Assembly (NCBI GenBank): GCA_947594925.1
Contig: CANQEJ010000002.1
Location: forward strand, 2-64,001
From: an uncultured Bacilli bacterium
GTDB taxonomy: Bacteria > Bacillota_I > Bacilli_A > RF39 > UBA660
Direction of reading: 5' to 3'
DNA: 64,000 nucleotides
The notes beneath the pieces are model-generated. The model made no database searches. It was not told the origin of the DNA and saw only the letters and a program-made list of their open reading frames with translations. A program made the translations under genes and the position numbers. Shown in pieces: positions 59,410-64,000 of this stretch; position 1 is the first letter of the stretch, and each line of letters opens with the position of its first letter.

Positions 59410-59990
59410 TGTAAAAGGCCTAAAAAAAGAGTTAATATTTTATTAGCAAAAAAATATAAAAATAAATCATAAATAATAATTACACCTAAAGCTATACCTA
59501 ATTTTAAAAATAAATTTTTTAAATGTGCATATAAAGAATCGTTTTCTTTAAAAATTAAAATTCTTAATAACTTTTTCGTAATTTTAAGAGCAATATAGCT
59601 AATATATATTAAACACAAAATAAAGATTAATTTACAAATAAAAGTATAAATTAAACCAAATAAAATACCTTTAAATTTAAAACTATTATAAAAAGCTGCT
59701 AATAAAAAACCAATTGAGGTACACTCATAAAACAAATAAAATAAAATTAAAGGCACACCAATAATTGAATAAGATAAAAATACTAAAGCAATGATAATAA
59801 TTAAATGCGGTAATATCATATTTTGCGAAGATGTTTTAATCGTATTTTCTAATCCTAGCATTTTCTGGGTAATTAAAGATTTATTAACATCACTTTGCAT
59901 ACTAAAATAAATAATTCCAAATAATATTCCTAACACTAGTAAAGTAATTATAAAAACTTTGGCTGTATTCTTTTCCTTTATCCTTTTCAT
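59406..59990 (-). CDS. Integral membrane protein, possibly SpoIIM/DUF95-like
   Basis: About 5 TM helices, size and topology only. Confidence 0.35.
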   Translation of the reverse strand: MKRIKEKNTAKVFIITLLVLGILFGIIYFSMQSDVNKSLITQKMLGLENTIKTSSQNMILPHLIIIIALVFLSYSIIGVPLILFYLFYECTSIGFLLAAFYNSFKFKGILFGLIYTFICKLIFILCLIYISYIALKITKKLLRILIFKENDSLYAHLKNLFLKLGIALGVIIIYDLFLYFFANKILTLFLGLLH

Positions 59991-60064
59991 ATTGTTTCAC
60001 CTATTTAAATATATTTACAATAAAGAAAAAATATGATAAATTTAATATATTGAGGTGAAAGAAC

Positions 60065-60160
60065 ATGAGTAAAAAAGTTCAAAAAATTGCCGTATGGTCA
60101 ATGTTAATTGTTATGGTAGTTGGTACATTAATTGGTATAGTTGCTTATTTGGTAAGATAA
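60065..60160 (+). CDS. Unannotated 31-aa single-TM miniprotein (DUF4044/Prli42-like class)
   Basis: GAGGTGA RBS 6 nt before ATG; MSKKVQKIAVWSMLIVMVVGTLIGIVAYLVR; terminator hairpin GCTAAC/GTTAGC follows. Confidence 0.5.
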   Translation: MSKKVQKIAVWSMLIVMVVGTLIGIVAYLVR

Positions 60161-60177
60161 TAAAAGCTAACATTTAG

Positions 60178-60609
60178 TTAGCGTTTTTTATTTTCTTTTA
60201 ATAAATCTCTTATTTCTTCAAGTAATACTACTTCTTCACTCTTAGCAGGAGCTTCTTCTTTTACTTCTTCTTTTTTAGGCATTATTCTATTAATAATCTT
60301 GACAATTACAAAAATACAAACAGCAATAATTAGAAAATCAATAACATTTTGAATAAAATTACCAATCATTATATTAGCATTACCAAAAGTAATTTTTAAA
60401 GCTGTAAAATCATGACCACCAATAATAACACCAATAACAGGCATTAATAAATCACTAACAATGGAAGTTACTATTTTACCAAAAGCTCCACCAATAATAA
60501 CACCGACTGCTAAATCAACAACATTTCCTTTCGCAATAAATTCTTTAAATTCTTGAATAAACTTATTCTTTTTGATTTTTTCTAAATCTTTCTTTACTTC
60601 TTTTTTCAT
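60178..60609 (-). CDS. mscL: Large-conductance mechanosensitive channel
   Basis: [27 protein letters not shown] signature. Confidence 0.95.
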   Translation of the reverse strand: MKKEVKKDLEKIKKNKFIQEFKEFIAKGNVVDLAVGVIIGGAFGKIVTSIVSDLLMPVIGVIIGGHDFTALKITFGNANIMIGNFIQNVIDFLIIAVCIFVIVKIINRIMPKKEEVKEEAPAKSEEVVLLEEIRDLLKENKKR

Positions 60610-60645
60610 TATACTTCCCTCACTTCTTTTTATTAGTATACAACA

Positions 60646-60996
60646 TTAATTATCCATTGTATATCTTCTTTGTAAATGACCATATTTATCTAATGGTTTA
60701 TTTTTATCTTCTGGCCATAAAAGAGCAATCTCATTAAATAAATCATTAAAAGAACTTTCTAATAATCTTTTTTTCATCCTAATCTTGCCATTTATATCAT
60801 AGATTAAAGTCTTTTCATAATTATTACTTACAATATTTAATTGTTGCCAATCACTTTTAGCTTCCTTATATACATCTAAAACATTTAAACTATCTACTTT
60901 GGTATATAATTCTAAAATTCTTTTACTTAACTTATCTAAAGCTTTCTCATATTCTTTTAAAGCTTGTTTGTCATTAAAAACCTCAATACTATCCAT
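60646..60996 (-). CDS. Hypothetical protein
   Basis: ORF coupled to the upstream ORF (2-nt gap). Confidence 0.5.
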   Translation of the reverse strand: MDSIEVFNDKQALKEYEKALDKLSKRILELYTKVDSLNVLDVYKEAKSDWQQLNIVSNNYEKTLIYDINGKIRMKKRLLESSFNDLFNEIALLWPEDKNKPLDKYGHLQRRYTMDN

Positions 60997-60998
60997 TT

Positions 60999-61673
60999 TT
61001 ATCTCCTTTTTAAAGACTTACTAGTCCCATAAGTATTAATATAATTAAATAATATTTCAAAATTTTTTTCAATAACTTCACTAAATACTAAAATATTTTC
61101 TTTTAAAGCATAATGATAACTTTCTACAAATGCTTGAAACTCTTGATATAAATTTAAACTTTCTTCTTGAACTTGTTCTAAACTATTTACACTAAGACTA
61201 TTTTCTAACTGTCCTATTCTATTATTAAAAGTTTGTAAAGCTTCCATACAGATTGGTTTTAAGTCTTTATCTTGAAATAAAGTATCAATTGGTAATTTAT
61301 CTTCTGTTACAGTAAAACTTTTATCTTCTTTTAATTCTAAATGCCAAATAGGTTTATTTGCTAATGTTATTTCTGCCTCATAGTTAGGTAGATAATTAAG
61401 CCAGAAAGGATTATATTCTCCATCTTTTATTTTCGAAGTATGCCAACGTTTTATTCTAATTTCAACTACTTCTTCTTTAGCATTTTTAAATTTCGCATAA
61501 CCTTCTTCATCATAATAATTTTCTTTCATCTTACTAGTTGCCAGATTATTACTTTCAAAATGGTTCAAACGATAATAATGATAATCTTCTCTATTAAGTA
61601 AATATTCTTTTAATTCTTCATATAAACTTTGTACTTTAAAAGTATCTAACACTTTATTTACCATAGCCCTCAC
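60999..61673 (-). CDS. Hypothetical protein (sits where a Nif3-family gene usually follows trmK)
   Basis: ORF with GAGGTGAGGG RBS; no Nif3 motifs. Confidence 0.5.
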   Translation of the reverse strand: MRAMVNKVLDTFKVQSLYEELKEYLLNREDYHYYRLNHFESNNLATSKMKENYYDEEGYAKFKNAKEEVVEIRIKRWHTSKIKDGEYNPFWLNYLPNYEAEITLANKPIWHLELKEDKSFTVTEDKLPIDTLFQDKDLKPICMEALQTFNNRIGQLENSLSVNSLEQVQEESLNLYQEFQAFVESYHYALKENILVFSEVIEKNFEILFNYINTYGTSKSLKRR

Positions 61674-61720
61674 CTCATATAGGTCTATATTTTATAACAT
61701 TTAAAAAGAATAATCAATTA

Positions 61721-62371
61721 TTAATTATTATTAATAATCTTTTTGATTATTCTTATGTGTTTTTTTAGATTATGACGATATCTTATATTACTTTTAGGAA
61801 TTTGCTTTAAAATGGCTTCATTTTTGTCTAATAAATGGCTAAAATATTCTTTATTCTTTTTGTCTTTAGATAATACAGGGCCATACATTAAATCTTGATA
61901 AGAATACTTCTTCTTGCCTTTTTGAAATTCAATAATAATATAATACTTATGATTATCTAAAACTACTAATTCATTTTGAATAAAGTAACCCATTTTGGTC
62001 ACTTTTTCGCGTAACTCACAGATATTATTATTACTTTGAATAATTAGTTTAGAAATACTTTGAAGTTTTTCTTTATTATTTAAAATCTTTAAAATAGTCG
62101 AAGTTCCCATCCCAGAAATAACGATGGTATTAAAATCTTGAGTATCAATATTATCTAACCCGTCACTTAAAATAGTCGGTATATCTAAATTTTCTTTTTT
62201 AATATTAATTCTTGCCTGAGCCATTGCCTTAGCATTAACATCACTTGCTAAAACTTTGATGTTTCTTTTAGCAAGATAAATACTTAAATAAGCATGGTCA
62301 CAACCGATATCTAAAACTTTATCACTAGAATTAATTAAAGAAGCAATTTTTTGAAGTCTTAAAGATAACAT
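61721..62371 (-). CDS. trmK: tRNA (adenine22-N1)-methyltransferase
   Basis: LSLRLQKIASLI...VLDIGCDHAYLSIYL; synteny rpoD-trmK. Confidence 0.85.
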   Translation of the reverse strand: MLSLRLQKIASLINSSDKVLDIGCDHAYLSIYLAKRNIKVLASDVNAKAMAQARINIKKENLDIPTILSDGLDNIDTQDFNTIVISGMGTSTILKILNNKEKLQSISKLIIQSNNNICELREKVTKMGYFIQNELVVLDNHKYYIIIEFQKGKKKYSYQDLMYGPVLSKDKKNKEYFSHLLDKNEAILKQIPKSNIRYRHNLKKHIRIIKKIINNN

Positions 62372-63462
62372 TAATCATCACTTAAGAAGTCTTTAAGTTT
62401 TTTCGCACGAGATGGATGTCTTAACTTACGTAAAGCTTTGGCTTCAATTTGTCTAATACGTTCACGGGTAACATTAAATCTTTTTCCTACTTCTTCAAGG
62501 GTATGACTAGTTCCATCGATAAGTCCAAATCTTAACTCTAATACTTCTTGTTCTCTTTCTTGTAAAGTCATTAAAACATTTTTAATTTCTTCTTTTAAAA
62601 TTTCATTAGTAGCATATTCTTCAGGAGACATACTATTAATATCTGGTAAGAAATCTCCTAAATGCGAATCATCTTCTTCCCCAATCGGCGTCTCTAAAGA
62701 GACAGGGTCTTGCGAAATTTTAATAACTTCCCTTACTTTTTCAACCGTAATTCCCATTTTCTTGGCAATTTCTTCTTCTGATGGTTCACGATTTAATTCC
62801 AAAGTCATTTGACGTTGAATACGAACCATTTTATTAATTGTTTCTACCATATGTACTGGCACACGAATAGTACGAGCTTGGTCTGCTAAAGCACGCGTAA
62901 TAGCCTGTCTAATCCACCAGGTTGCATAAGTTGAAAATTTATAACCTTTATCATAATCAAACTTTTCAACGGCTTTCATTAAACCAATATTACCTTCTTG
63001 AATTAAATCTAAGAATAAAAGACCACGTCCTACATATCTTTTAGCAATTGAAACAACTAAACGTAAGTTAGATTCTGCAAGTTTATTTTTAGCCATCTCA
63101 TCACCAGCTGCCGAAGCAATCGATAAATCTCTTTCTTCTTCAGCCGATAGTAAGCTAATACGGCCTATTTCTTTTAAATACATCCTAACAGGGTCATTAA
63201 TATTGACATCTTTTGTAATTTCTTCATCATTTAAAATTTCTACTTCGCCTTTATCTTTTGAAGAACCACCATCTTCTTCACCTTCTGCAATAATTTCAAT
63301 ATTATTTTCTACAAAGAAATTATATAAATCATCTAAATCATCATTATCAATTTCTAATCCTTTTAAAGCATTAGCTAACTCTTCAAAAGTTATATAACCA
63401 CGTTTTTTACCTAACTCTAATAACTCTTGTTTTCTTTCTTCTAAACTTTTAATTTCTACCAT
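62371..63462 (-). CDS. rpoD: Primary RNA polymerase sigma factor
   Basis: Regions 2-4 ([49 protein letters not shown]); ATG 63462 preferred (AGAGGAAG RBS). Confidence 0.95.
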   Translation of the reverse strand: MVEIKSLEERKQELLELGKKRGYITFEELANALKGLEIDNDDLDDLYNFFVENNIEIIAEGEEDGGSSKDKGEVEILNDEEITKDVNINDPVRMYLKEIGRISLLSAEEERDLSIASAAGDEMAKNKLAESNLRLVVSIAKRYVGRGLLFLDLIQEGNIGLMKAVEKFDYDKGYKFSTYATWWIRQAITRALADQARTIRVPVHMVETINKMVRIQRQMTLELNREPSEEEIAKKMGITVEKVREVIKISQDPVSLETPIGEEDDSHLGDFLPDINSMSPEEYATNEILKEEIKNVLMTLQEREQEVLELRFGLIDGTSHTLEEVGKRFNVTRERIRQIEAKALRKLRHPSRAKKLKDFLSDD

Positions 63463-63463
63463 T

Positions 63464-64000
63464 TTAAACACTTCCTCTTTTTAACTCCGCTATTTGCATA
63501 GCAATTTCTATTTTCTTATTTTTATCTAATTCTTCTTTTAGACTTTGTTTTAACTCTTTAATTGTTTTTTGTTTATTCCCAATATTAATAGTCTTTAAAT
63601 AATCGAAAAATTCTTCTTCTTCTAAACTTTCTTCACTACACTTATTTAGTATATCCAAAACTTCGGGATAAAAACGTTCATTAGTACTTGCATAACTTAA
63701 AAAGTCGGCAAGATTAATGTCTTTATTACTTTCATAGTAATAAATTAAAGCCTTGGCAATTTCTCGATAATTTAAATCGTCTAAAAAAACTAAATTATTC
63801 TGATATATTCTAACATATTTTGCTTCGTTCATCATATAAAATAATATCTTTTGACAAGCAATCATATATTTTTTATTTTTTAATGTCTTTTTGGGTTCTT
63901 CTACTACAGTAGTTATCTCTTCAATATTTTTAACATTAACTTTTAAACTAGCTAATTTATTTTTAAGCATATCATATTCTAAATTATAATCACCTGCTAA
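63464..64000 (-). CDS. dnaG: DNA primase, C-terminal part (partial, continues past window end)
   Basis: Frame open to the window edge; dnaG-rpoD synteny; helical C-terminal domain character. Confidence 0.6.
   Translation of the reverse strand, partial: LAGDYNLEYDMLKNKLASLKVNVKNIEEITTVVEEPKKTLKNKKYMIACQKILFYMMNEAKYVRIYQNNLVFLDDLNYREIAKALIYYYESNKDINLADFLSYASTNERFYPEVLDILNKCSEESLEEEEFFDYLKTINIGNKQKTIKELKQSLKEELDKNKKIEIAMQIAELKRGSV

Overview
This is a strongly AT-rich window with standard-code reading (TGA acts as a stop). Its operon architecture is that of a low-GC Firmicutes-type chromosome (Erysipelotrichales/Bacilli-like; this taxon guess is inference only). Most of it is core housekeeping. 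Identified gene sets include sepF-divIVA-frr, a sufC-sufD(short)-sufS-sufU cluster, T-box-controlled DUF1653-serS, cls, miaB, ftsK and rimM-trmD. Further along are comEA-comEC-holA, ruvA-ruvB-queA-(M23 peptidase)-tgt, gpsA, rarA, xerD-like, zupT, mnmA, mscL, and trmK-rpoD-dnaG (3' end, partial). I saw no rRNA, tRNA, CRISPR array, transposase or phage block. About 20 lineage-specific hypothetical genes sit between the core genes. The items most worth a second look are listed here.

1. A near-identical promoter plus ~65-nt terminator-containing leader occurs twice (13.9 kb and 39.5 kb), ahead of two unlinked cell-envelope operons. It is a candidate undescribed cis-regulatory RNA or operator.
2. 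A 40-nt promoter block, 36/40 identical, is shared by comEA-comEC and by an M23 murein hydrolase gene inserted between queA and tgt. This may mark a competence-type regulon that includes a lytic enzyme.
3. Two collinear, diverged paralogs of a large uncharacterised protein (18.8 kb and 24.5 kb) flank ftsK. One is paired with a 515-aa acidic protein.
4. A GC-rich structured leader with a terminator precedes a ThiF/TcdA-family gene.
5. An unannotated, strongly SD-driven 49-aa Asn/Ser/Arg-repeat basic peptide gene lies on the minus strand.
6. About 115 codons of ComEC N-terminal-like open frame have no canonical start codon.
7. The SUF cluster has a half-length SufD-like protein and no SufB in the canonical position.
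8. There is an orphan HerA/FtsK-type ATPase with a Pro/Asn/Gly-rich tail.

All functional calls come from reading the translated motifs by eye. No database search was possible.
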